Positions 1-7,526 of a stretch of DNA of 12,818 bases are shown in pieces. The DNA is from Candidatus Nanohaloarchaea archaeon (lineage in GTDB: Archaea; Nanohalarchaeota; Nanosalinia; Nanosalinales; Nanosalinaceae). The translations under genes were made by a program, and so were the position numbers. The DNA lies in assembly GCA_041640075.1 (NCBI GenBank), contig JBEQAY010000029.1, positions 1 through 12,818 of the forward strand. Direction: 5' to 3'. The notes under the pieces are model-generated. The model saw only the letters and a list, made by a program, of their open reading frames with translations, was not told the origin of the DNA and searched no databases. Positions within the stretch are counted from its first letter, which is position 1, and each line of letters begins with the position of its first letter.

Positions 1-5
1 AAGCG

Positions 6-42
6 GGTGACCTCTTTGAGGATCACCATGTGCCGCGAGGTG
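6..42 (+). promoter_or_regulatory. Stem-loop in the 5' leader of rpl18e, next to the SD
   Basis: GGTGA(6-10)/TCACC(23-27) and CCTC(11-14)/GAGG(18-21), TTT loop, bulged A22; SD GAGGTG at 37-42. Upstream context is cut off by the window edge. Confidence 0.4.
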
Positions 43-51
43 TTATATACT

Positions 52-402
52 ATGGATAAGAAAGCTAATCCTACGAATCCGGTACTGCTTGAGACCATTG
101 AGGTCTTGGAAAGGCAGGAAGCCCCGATCTGGGGAGAAATCGCTGAAAATCTTGGAAAAGTTAACAGGGAGAGACCTGAGGTAAATATCTCGGATATTGA
201 ACGTGTTGCCGAGGATGGTGACACTGTTGTTGTTCCTGGGAAGGTTCTTGGCAGTGGACGTCTGAGCAAGAGTGTTGACGTTGCTGCTTTCAAGGCTTCC
301 AAGGGAGCAAAGAGCGAGATCAAGGAGAACGGTGAGTTCATGTTCATCCAGGATCTTGTTGATGAAAACCCTGATGGTTCCGAGGTGAAAATTGTAAAAT
401 GA
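52..402 (+). CDS. rpl18e: 50S ribosomal protein L18e (eL18)
   Basis: TNPVL...EVNISDIER...TVVVPGKVLGSG...VAAFKAS motifs typical of archaeal eL18. ATG at 52 is preferred over the ORF-track start at 7 because SD-like GAGGTG lies at 37-42. Followed by L13-S9-RpoN in the conserved archaeal order. Confidence 0.95.
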   Translation: MDKKANPTNPVLLETIEVLERQEAPIWGEIAENLGKVNRERPEVNISDIERVAEDGDTVVVPGKVLGSGRLSKSVDVAAFKASKGAKSEIKENGEFMFIQDLVDENPDGSEVKIVK

Positions 403-827
403 CTAAGGTAATTGACGCAAATAACAGAGTTATCGGTCGTCTGGCTACTGAGATCGCTCAGGAGGCACTGGACGGCGAGGAAGTTAAAGTTGTTAACTCG
501 GAGGAAGCTGTTATCTCGGGTGACGAGGAACAGGTTCTTGATGAGTACAAGCAGAAGGTTGATAGAGGTGTCCGTGACAGGGGACCTCACTACCCTAAGC
601 GTCCTGATAAGATGTTGAAGCGTGTTGTCAGGAACATGCTTCCGTACAAGGACGAGCGAGGGAAGGAGGCTTTCAGCAACATCAAGACCTACCTTGAGGT
701 CCCTATCGATCTTGAGGACGAGGTCGAGGAAGTTGATACCAAGAGCGGTGACGAGCTGAAAAACAAGAACTATGTAAAACTTGGTGAAGTATCCAAGCAT
801 GTCGGCTGGGAGCCGATCAACGGGTGA
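399..827 (+). CDS. rpl13: 50S ribosomal protein L13 (uL13)
   Basis: VIDA..VIGRLA, VVNSEEAVISG and GPHYPKRPD...VRNMLPYK motifs. ATGA overlap with rpl18e; GAGGTGA SD upstream. Confidence 0.96.
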   Translation: MTKVIDANNRVIGRLATEIAQEALDGEEVKVVNSEEAVISGDEEQVLDEYKQKVDRGVRDRGPHYPKRPDKMLKRVVRNMLPYKDERGKEAFSNIKTYLEVPIDLEDEVEEVDTKSGDELKNKNYVKLGEVSKHVGWEPING

Positions 828-834
828 TTAAATT

Positions 835-1251
835 ATGAGCGATGCTGTACATACGAACGGTAAGAGGAAGACAGCCAAGGCACGTGCCTCTGTAACTGAA
901 GGAGAAGGCACTTTGAGGATTAATTCACGTCCTCTGCATATCTGGGCTGACCAGAGCGACATGCAGGCTGAAAGGATCAAGGAGCCATTGAATATTGCCG
1001 GTTCTGACGTTGTTGAAGACCTTGATATCAAGGTTAACGCTGAAGGAGGCGGTAAACAGGGTCAGACCGAGGCAATCCGAATGGCTATTGCCCGTGGACT
1101 AGTTGAGTGGACCGGAAGCGACCAGCTTGAACGTGACTTCCGTGACTACGACAGGAACATGATTGTCGAGGATCCACGTAGAACTGAGACCAGAAAACCA
1201 AGTCAGTCGAGCAAGGGAGCTCGGCACAAACAGCAGAAATCCTACAGGTAG
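835..1251 (+). CDS. rps9: 30S ribosomal protein S9 (uS9)
   Basis: [35 protein letters not shown] and C-terminal QKSYR. GGTGA SD 7 nt upstream. Confidence 0.97.
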   Translation: MSDAVHTNGKRKTAKARASVTEGEGTLRINSRPLHIWADQSDMQAERIKEPLNIAGSDVVEDLDIKVNAEGGGKQGQTEAIRMAIARGLVEWTGSDQLERDFRDYDRNMIVEDPRRTETRKPSQSSKGARHKQQKSYR

Positions 1252-1269
1252 TTTACCTGTACTCTGCTG
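1231..1269 (+). promoter_or_regulatory. Extended RNA hairpin across the rps9 stop codon and the rps9-rpoN spacer
   Basis: CAGCAGA(1231-1237)/TCTGCTG(1263-1269) plus TACAGGTA(1243-1250)/TACCTGTA(1254-1261) with a GTT loop. Confidence 0.55.
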
Positions 1270-1292
1270 ATTATATACGAGGTTATCAAACA

Positions 1293-1493
1293 GTGCAAAT
1301 ACCAGTAAGATGTTTTTCGTGCGGCAAGGTCATCGGAGATAAATGGGAAGAGTTCCAGGAGAGAACAGAGGAAGAAGGAGAGGACAAGAAGGAAGTCCTT
1401 GACGACCTGGGGCTTGAGAAGTACTGCTGCAGGACTATCTTCCTGACGAACGTCGACACTATCGAGGAAGTCGGCGAGCACCACCTGGGCTAG
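1293..1493 (+). CDS. rpoN: DNA-directed RNA polymerase subunit N (Rpo10)
   Basis: [10 protein letters not shown] and [12 protein letters not shown] zinc-binding motifs; GTG start preceded by GAGGT; canonical position after rps9. Confidence 0.96.
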   Translation: MQIPVRCFSCGKVIGDKWEEFQERTEEEGEDKKEVLDDLGLEKYCCRTIFLTNVDTIEEVGEHHLG

Positions 1494-1507
1494 ATAGCTC
1501 AATCCAA

Positions 1508-1560
1508 ATTTTTCTTTACTTAATTTCTGTAAATCCTGTTTCTTCGCTTTTCTCTACTTT
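1508..1560 (+). terminator. Probable oligo-T archaeal terminator region after rpoN
   Basis: Pyrimidine-rich spacer with several T runs between the convergent rpoN and MFS genes. Confidence 0.5.
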
Positions 1561-2760
1561 CTAGGCTGATGCATCGGTGTATCTGTCCGCGACGAAGATC
1601 AGGGCTGTTGCGACGCCGGTTATGTAGAAGGTGTACCTGAAGGCTGCCTCCATACCCCATGCAAGGAATGCGTAGGCTGTGAAGCCGTAGAGCATGACGC
1701 GTGAGATTCCAAGCACTACTTCTCTGAAGGCGTAGAACTCGAGTACGTCCTCGTCTTCCGCTGCGTTCGCGAGTTCCGAGTAGATCGGCACGTAGTACAT
1801 CATGAATGCCGGTCCTGCCGTAAGGGATACTATGAATGCCTGTGTAGGTGTGATGACGAGTCCACGGGCGATGAAGAGTGCTCCGGAGAGTACTGCGCCG
1901 GCCAAGACCATCTTCTTCGTGTCCACCTGATCGGCTTTTGCTCCAAGCAGTATTGTGAAGGCTGCCATGCCGACGTTTGCCAGCGAGGAGACAAGTCCTG
2001 CGTTGACCTCGCCTCCACCTTTCGAGACCACGGTGGCGACGAACAGAGGGAAGAGGTAGTAACCTGCTGCTATGCCGAGTCCACGTAGGTAGAAGAGTAC
2101 TCCGTACCTGAGATGCTTCCTCGTGAGTATGGACTTCAGTGAGTAAGGCTTCGGATCCCTGTGGTCGCCAGACGCCATCAGCGGCAGTACAGACAGGAGA
2201 AGGAACACCACTGTCACGGAGACGAGGCCTCCGAAGCCAAGTGAGGCCATGATGACTCCTCCTGCGAAAGGTGCGACGGCCTTGGATATACGTGGCAGGC
2301 CGAGAAGCCTTCCCGAGTCCTTCCCTCTCTCGTCTTCGCTGGAATCGGTTGCGAACTCGCTGTGAAGTGCGATCCAGTGGAACGCCTTTCCAAGCGCCAG
2401 CAGGAAGCCTGAGGCCATCACCAGCTTGAAGTCAAGCGGTATAGTTCCGCGTTCGACGAGCTGGAAGACCAGGAGCGAGGGGAGGTAGAAAATATACGAG
2501 ACTACAAGGCTGTGCTTGAAGCCTATCCTTGCGATTATCCAGGATACAGGTATAGCAGCAGCCGCGAAGAAAATTGATACGCCGCCCAGGTACTGTAAAG
2601 CCAGTACAAGTCCGGCCTCCCTGGCTATGTAGATAGGTATGAAGATGCTGATAAGGCTGAAGGCGAACTTCTGCAGCATCTCGTACGCGAAAACCTGGTC
2701 TACCTCGTTCTTCCTGAAGAAGTTTCTTACACGGTTCACTGGGAAAGTTTTACTCGACAC
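1561..2760 (-). CDS. Major facilitator superfamily transporter, substrate unknown
   Basis: 399 aa with about 12 hydrophobic segments in two halves; loop motifs IIARIGFK and GAKADQVDTKK resemble MFS motif A; GTG start. Confidence 0.85.
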   Translation of the reverse strand: MSSKTFPVNRVRNFFRKNEVDQVFAYEMLQKFAFSLISIFIPIYIAREAGLVLALQYLGGVSIFFAAAAIPVSWIIARIGFKHSLVVSYIFYLPSLLVFQLVERGTIPLDFKLVMASGFLLALGKAFHWIALHSEFATDSSEDERGKDSGRLLGLPRISKAVAPFAGGVIMASLGFGGLVSVTVVFLLLSVLPLMASGDHRDPKPYSLKSILTRKHLRYGVLFYLRGLGIAAGYYLFPLFVATVVSKGGGEVNAGLVSSLANVGMAAFTILLGAKADQVDTKKMVLAGAVLSGALFIARGLVITPTQAFIVSLTAGPAFMMYYVPIYSELANAAEDEDVLEFYAFREVVLGISRVMLYGFTAYAFLAWGMEAAFRYTFYITGVATALIFVADRYTDASA

Positions 2761-2771
2761 CGGTTTTTAAT

Positions 2772-3350
2772 CTACCGCTCCGGCAGAGCGCTTCTCAAAG
2801 GTCCGAGAAGCTTCTTCTCCAGCCTGTCACCGAAACCGGCCAGTTCCTCGACGTACTCATCCATGTACCTGTACACCAGGTACGTGACGCTGAATCCGAT
2901 AGCTGCTGCGGCCGCGGATCCAAGTATATCGATCAGGTAGTGCTCTCCTATGTATATCCTTGCGAAGCCTGTTGCTGCTCCCGCACCCATGAAGAGGTAG
3001 GCAAGTTTCCTCCGTTTCCTCCAGATCAGCGGCAGGATCATGCCGAGGACCGCGGCGGTGTGCTGGCTCGGGAAGCTGTTCTCCGGTTCTCCCGAAGCTA
3101 TAGTCTCAAACTCCTGGTAGGGCGAGGGATGCTGTACTATCTGCCCCAGGACAAGGTAGGAGGCCGCAAGACCCGCCACGACCGCCATGAAGGCGTAGAG
3201 CGAGGTCTTTCTTCCGTCCTCTCCCTGGTACCACAGGTAGACAAGCGTGACAGGAACCAGGATTACGGTTAGCTCCGCGACGAGAAACATTAACTGGTCG
3301 ACCACAGGATTTCCTGTAAATCCCTGGACCGCCTGGAAGAACCAAGTCAT
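2772..3350 (-). CDS. PAP2-family membrane phosphatase (lipid/prenyl-diphosphate phosphatase-like)
   Basis: NSFPSQH (C2) and ARIYIGEHYLIDILG (C3) motifs with several TM helices. The C1 KxxxxxxRP motif is degenerate (GQIVQHPSP). Confidence 0.85.
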   Translation of the reverse strand: MTWFFQAVQGFTGNPVVDQLMFLVAELTVILVPVTLVYLWYQGEDGRKTSLYAFMAVVAGLAASYLVLGQIVQHPSPYQEFETIASGEPENSFPSQHTAAVLGMILPLIWRKRRKLAYLFMGAGAATGFARIYIGEHYLIDILGSAAAAAIGFSVTYLVYRYMDEYVEELAGFGDRLEKKLLGPLRSALPER

Positions 3351-3405
3351 ACTCTTGTCTTGCGTTTCCTGTTTTTTCTAGTTTTGGGAAAGGGTAATCT
3401 GATGT

Positions 3406-3804
3406 TCAGTCCTTCTCCTTCAGTATCTTTCGCAGCGCCGGTTCGATCATCTCGAGGTTCGGCGCGATCTCCTCTTCGTCCAGGTCTTCAGCCGTGAACC
3501 ATCTCTTCTCAGAAAACTTTTCCTCCTGTATCTCTGGTTCGTCTTCCGTGGATGCGATGTATCCATGCCACATGTAGAGCGTGTCGTCCTTCTGGAACTC
3601 TCCTGTGTAGAAAGGTTTCTCCAGCTCGACTTCCACGCCGATCTCCTCTCTTGCTTCCCTTACCGCGGCCTCTGTCGGGGATTCATCTTCCTCGACTTTT
3701 CCGCCGGGTATCTCCCAGTGCTGTTCGTCTTCCCTGTGGAGGAGCAGAAGCTTCTGTTCCTGGATTATGAGTACGCCGGCGAGTTCTACAGGAGCTGGAG
3801 GAAT
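3406..3804 (-). CDS. Nudix hydrolase (about 132 aa); probable non-canonical ATT start
   Basis: Extending the ORF-track 3406-3636 frame upstream gives ...VELAGVLIIQEQKLLLLHREDEQHWEIPGGKVEEDESPTEAAVREAREEIGVEV, a complete Nudix box. The frame is open to a TGA at 3811-3813 with no ATG/GTG/TTG upstream of the box. ATT at 3804-3802 lies 6 nt after AGGTGA. Family is confident, start is tentative. Confidence 0.85.
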   Translation of the reverse strand: MPPAPVELAGVLIIQEQKLLLLHREDEQHWEIPGGKVEEDESPTEAAVREAREEIGVEVELEKPFYTGEFQKDDTLYMWHGYIASTEDEPEIQEEKFSEKRWFTAEDLDEEEIAPNLEMIEPALRKILKEKD

Positions 3805-4619
3805 GCGGGTTCACCTACTGTAAGGTATATGACCGCCATGATTAAAAGTCCTGCAAGGCCTCCGGCGATGAACGGCTTTCTCCAGTCGTCCACTGATTCT
3901 GCCTGTTCACGTGCCTCGTCTATGAACTCGGTGCCGACGAGGTAGAGCATTGCTCCGGCAGCGAAGCCGTAGCCGATCGGGAGGAAGATCCGGGCCTCAC
4001 GGACGAAGACGAATGCGATGACTGCTCCTATAGGCTGTGGCAGGCTTGAAAAGATCGTGGCTCCGAGCATCCTCCAGTTGCTCATCCCCATCGCCTTGAA
4101 GGGTATTGAGATGGCGATGCCCTCGGGGATGTTGTGTATGGAGATGGCGACGGTCATTGTTATGGCGACCGCGGGTACGGCGAAGCCGAGGATCGGTATA
4201 CCACCCTGGAGGCCAAGTTCCGCGAAGGAGACACCTATGGCGACGCCTTCAGGGAAGCTGTGAACCGTCAGGATTCCAAGTATTAGCATTAGTTTTTTGA
4301 GGTCCGCTTCCTTGAACTCTCCCGGCTCTATCTCGTGGCTGTCCAGCAGTCTTCCGGCTCCCTCCACGAGTGCGACCCCGATCAGGAGTCCTGCTGAGAC
4401 CTCCAGCCATGTACCTGTAAGAAGTCCCTCTGGTATAAGTCCCATTATGGATGCCGTGGCCATGATACCTGTGGCGACGCCCCAGAGGCCGACCAGCCAT
4501 GCGTCGCTGAAGTCGTCCTTGTAGAAGAAGGGTAAAGCACCAAGTCCTGTCGCCAGGTCTGTTATCAGTCCTGCCACAAACACAAGTAGAAGTGCCTCCA
4601 TTGACACGCCAGGTATCAT
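3786..4619 (-). CDS. ZIP (ZupT/GufA) family divalent metal transporter
   Basis: HSFPEGVAIG and IHNIPEGIAISIP metal-site motifs; about 8 TM segments; SSLPQPIGA and GFAAGAMLY. Alternative ATG at 4601. Confidence 0.92.
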   Translation of the reverse strand: MIPGVSMEALLLVFVAGLITDLATGLGALPFFYKDDFSDAWLVGLWGVATGIMATASIMGLIPEGLLTGTWLEVSAGLLIGVALVEGAGRLLDSHEIEPGEFKEADLKKLMLILGILTVHSFPEGVAIGVSFAELGLQGGIPILGFAVPAVAITMTVAISIHNIPEGIAISIPFKAMGMSNWRMLGATIFSSLPQPIGAVIAFVFVREARIFLPIGYGFAAGAMLYLVGTEFIDEAREQAESVDDWRKPFIAGGLAGLLIMAVIYLTVGEPAFLQLL

Positions 4620-4641
4620 ACCTCAGGTTGCAGGAGGCATG

Positions 4642-4656
4642 TTTAACTTTCTTTCG
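4642..4656 (-). promoter_or_regulatory. Putative BRE/TATA promoter for a leaderless ZIP transcript
   Basis: Minus strand CGAAAGAAAGTTAAA; TTAAA lies 23-27 nt upstream of the ATG at 4619. Confidence 0.45.
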
Positions 4657-4699
4657 AAAAATGGAAAGTTTAGGGAGGCCTAAATCCTCTGAAATGGTT

Positions 4700-5101
4700 C
4701 TAGAGGTTCCTGGAGATCTTTTCCGCGATCTCGTCGCCGTTCTCCAGCTCGGAGCGGTTGTACTGGATCTGGAGCTCGTCTCCCGTGTAAATCGGGGTGA
4801 CGTGGAAGTGCAGATGGAATACCTCCTGACCTGCGGCCTCTCCGTTGTTCTGGGCTATGTTTATCCCCTCCGGGTCGAAGGTTTCCTCAACCGCATCTGA
4901 GACCTTGACAAGGGCGTCCATCAGGTAGTCCATGCCTTCGGCGCCGTGGATATCCTCGACGTGTTTCTTGGGTACGACCAGTGTATGACCTTTTGATACA
5001 GGGTTGGCATCGAGGAATGCGACGACGTTTTCGTCCTCGTATACGACGTTTCCGGGGATCTCTCCCTCGATTATGCTGCAGAAGACGCAGTCCTGTTTCA
5101 T
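4700..5101 (-). CDS. hit: HIT (histidine triad) family nucleotide hydrolase, Hint-like
   Basis: DCVFCSII, GHTLVVPKKH and NNGEAAGQEVFHLHFHVTP (HxHxH triad). Confidence 0.95.
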   Translation of the reverse strand: MKQDCVFCSIIEGEIPGNVVYEDENVVAFLDANPVSKGHTLVVPKKHVEDIHGAEGMDYLMDALVKVSDAVEETFDPEGINIAQNNGEAAGQEVFHLHFHVTPIYTGDELQIQYNRSELENGDEIAEKISRNL

Positions 5102-5180
5102 GGTGAGGTTTTGTGCCTGGAATGTTAAATCCGTGTTTTTCTCGCAGGGTTTTTATTTGAGCTATTCTCTATTTGTTTTT
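5102..5180. promoter_or_regulatory. Divergent promoter region (HIT / coiled-coil gene)
   Basis: Minus-strand TTTAA at 5129-5125 (24-28 nt before the HIT ATG) with GAAAAA upstream; plus-strand TTTTATTT at 5151-5158 (23-30 nt before ATG 5181). Confidence 0.45.
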
Positions 5181-7355
5181 ATGTTGGGCCTGTTCTCAAA
5201 ACACGGTGAAGGTGAATCCGAGGAAGTTGATGCCGAGGTTTCTGAAAAAGATAAAGAGGAACTGATGGAAAGGATAGATAACTCTGTACAGGAAAGCCTG
5301 GAAAGCAATGAAGGTGAGTGGAGAGAGGCCTACGAGAACTACAGGAAGGAGGAGAGAGAAAACTTTCTTCTTAACGTCAGAAGGATTCAGAGGGACGTCA
5401 TCAAGGACCTGACCGAGGAGGTTACAGAGCTGATAAAGGACCACAGTCAGGAGATAGATTCCCGTCTAGATCATGAGATCAGTGAGTTCGAGGAGACGCA
5501 GTCCGAGATGCAGAACCGGTTGAACGAATTTGAGGAACGTATAGACTCTCTCCCGGATAACAAGGATATTGAACATACCAGAGAGCAGATAAGCGAAGCC
5601 AGAGAGGAACTCAGAGAGATCAGTGAGAACGTTCAAGGTAAAGCTGACGCGGAAAGAGTTCAGGCACTTAAGGAGAAGCTTGAGGAGAAGGCGGATAAAC
5701 CAGCTCTTGAGGAGGTGCTGGAGAGAGTCCGGGAGAAAGTGGATGAAGGCAGCCTGGAAGAGTTAGAGGATCAAATCGAGAACAATATAAGCAAGGAAGC
5801 ACTGGAGCAAGTTGAGGAAGAGCTGAAAGAGGAGCAGAGAAGTATAGAATCCAGGATAGACAGTAAGGTTTCTGAAAGTGAAATAAAGAGCCTAGAAGAA
5901 AAAGTAGAAGATCATCTGGAAAACAAGGTAGCCGAAGAAACACTAAAAAACGTAAAAGAGGAAATCAAAGAAAAACAGAATAAGATTGAAACAGAGCTAC
6001 ATAACAAGGCTTCTGAAAGCGAGATAGAAGAACTTGAAGAGCAGCTGGATAAAAAAACAGATATAGGTAATTTTGAGGAACTTGAAGCCAAGTTGAGAGC
6101 ACTTCTTGAAGATAAGGCAAATCAAGATACTGTAGAAAGCAATAGAGAATGGCTTGAGAATATTCAGGAACGTGTTGAAGGTACTGAGTCTCACTCCGAT
6201 AGTAATGAAGATCGTTTAAATGACCTGGAAAGGGTTAAGGCTGAGCGAAGTGAGGTAGAAGATCTCAGGGAGAAATTAAACGAGAAAGCAAGTTCTGCTA
6301 AAGTTTCAGATATTGATAAACGTGTTGGAGCAAAGGTCGGCCAGGAAAGAGTTGAGAACCTGGAACACCAGGTTGAGGACAAGGCTGAAAGTAAAGAAGT
6401 GGAGAAACTTAGAGAAGATGTTTTCTCAAAGGCAGAGGAATCTGACCTTGAAGAAGTGCATGAAAGATTGAATGAGCTCAGGGAGGATATGGAGACAGAG
6501 ATCGAAGGGAAGATCTCGCTCGTGGAGGAGAACCTCGAGGAATCTGAAGGTGAGATGAGAGATGATCTTCAGGAAGTTAGATCTAATGTAAATACTCTTG
6601 AGGAGGAGTTTGACGAGAAGACAGCTATGCTTGAATCACTGGCTGAAGAGAAGGCAGAGAGAGTGCGGAAAGATGTTGAGGACGAAATAGATGACGTCAG
6701 CGAGAAAGTCCAGTCCAGTAGATCTGATATAAGTGAACTTGAGGAGAGGATAGATAGAGAAAATGAAGAGGTCGAGGATCTTGAAGAGAAGCTTGAGGAT
6801 CAAATAGCCGAGAAGGCAGACCAGGAAGATGTTGAAGGTGTGAGGGAAAGCGTCGGTTCAGTAAGGACAGAACTGCATGATACAAGAGAGAAGATAGATG
6901 CCCTTCCTTCAAGAGACCTTCTGGAAAGCCTGGATGACGGTTTGAGCGATAGGATGGAGGAACTATCCTCTGAAGTACTGGAGCTCAGGAAGGAGATAGA
7001 GGCGAAGAAATCTGCGATAAAGGATCTGAATGAAAGAGTTGAAGACCTGGAGGCAAAGGAAGATTCCGAAGAGGAGAGCGGTGAAGAGGATATGGATATT
7101 GAATTCCCTCTTGAGGATGATGATTACAGCGGAGATATATACAGTCCTGAGGAACTGGATGAGGATATGGAAGGAAAGGTCAAGGTTGAGGGCGACCTGG
7201 AATACCACGGCTCTCCATCAAACTATCATCTGTACAGTCTATGGGGAGAGGAGGAAATGGTCTTTGTAGTAAGTGACGACAAGCTGGATGAGGAAATGTC
7301 CACTGTCTCCGGAAGGCTTGAGAAACTGGATGACACCCTCTATCTTGAAGTGTGA
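5181..7355 (+). CDS. Long acidic coiled-coil repeat protein (724 aa) with a probable C-terminal OB-fold domain
   Basis: Long ORF rich in E/K/L with heptad character and recurring K-[AVT]-[DES] motifs; beta-rich C-terminal domain of about 75 aa. Start at ATG 5181 is preferred because the ORF-track extension from 5004 overlaps HIT antisense. Confidence 0.8.
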   Translation: MLGLFSKHGEGESEEVDAEVSEKDKEELMERIDNSVQESLESNEGEWREAYENYRKEERENFLLNVRRIQRDVIKDLTEEVTELIKDHSQEIDSRLDHEISEFEETQSEMQNRLNEFEERIDSLPDNKDIEHTREQISEAREELREISENVQGKADAERVQALKEKLEEKADKPALEEVLERVREKVDEGSLEELEDQIENNISKEALEQVEEELKEEQRSIESRIDSKVSESEIKSLEEKVEDHLENKVAEETLKNVKEEIKEKQNKIETELHNKASESEIEELEEQLDKKTDIGNFEELEAKLRALLEDKANQDTVESNREWLENIQERVEGTESHSDSNEDRLNDLERVKAERSEVEDLREKLNEKASSAKVSDIDKRVGAKVGQERVENLEHQVEDKAESKEVEKLREDVFSKAEESDLEEVHERLNELREDMETEIEGKISLVEENLEESEGEMRDDLQEVRSNVNTLEEEFDEKTAMLESLAEEKAERVRKDVEDEIDDVSEKVQSSRSDISELEERIDRENEEVEDLEEKLEDQIAEKADQEDVEGVRESVGSVRTELHDTREKIDALPSRDLLESLDDGLSDRMEELSSEVLELRKEIEAKKSAIKDLNERVEDLEAKEDSEEESGEEDMDIEFPLEDDDYSGDIYSPEELDEDMEGKVKVEGDLEYHGSPSNYHLYSLWGEEEMVFVVSDDKLDEEMSTVSGRLEKLDDTLYLEV
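5640..6476 (+). repeat. Degenerate in-frame protein repeats of 16/20/27 aa beginning K-A-D/E/S
   Basis: Examples: KADAERVQALKEKLEE, KADKPALEEVLERVRE, KVDEGSLEELEDQIEN, KASESEIEELEEQLDK, KAERSEVEDLREKLNE, KASSAKVSDIDKRVGA, KVGQERVENLEHQVED, KAESKEVEKLREDVFS. Confidence 0.8.
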
Positions 7356-7398
7356 ACCACTTAAAAGTCTTAACACCTGCTACTTCTATATGCGCGAA

Positions 7399-7473
<75 letters not shown>

Positions 7474-7526
7474 TAAATCCGCTTTTAATGCTTCTATATT
7501 GAATTAATAGCGTTTTAGAAATATTT

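Noticed and set aside
3552..3945. Plus-strand ORFs 3552-3770 and 3565-3945 covering the apparent gap
   Set aside because: The minus-strand frame holds a full Nudix box, so these are antisense shadows.
5004..5180. 59-aa N-terminal extension of the coiled-coil ORF in the ORF track, including a hydrophobic stretch that could pass for a membrane anchor
   Set aside because: It overlaps HIT antisense and the divergent promoter, and its composition is unlike the acidic body; ATG 5181 has a well-placed TATA-like box.
5181..7355. SMC/Rad50 or Sph-type ATPase annotation
   Set aside because: No Walker A/B, ABC signature, hinge or CxxC zinc hook is visible.
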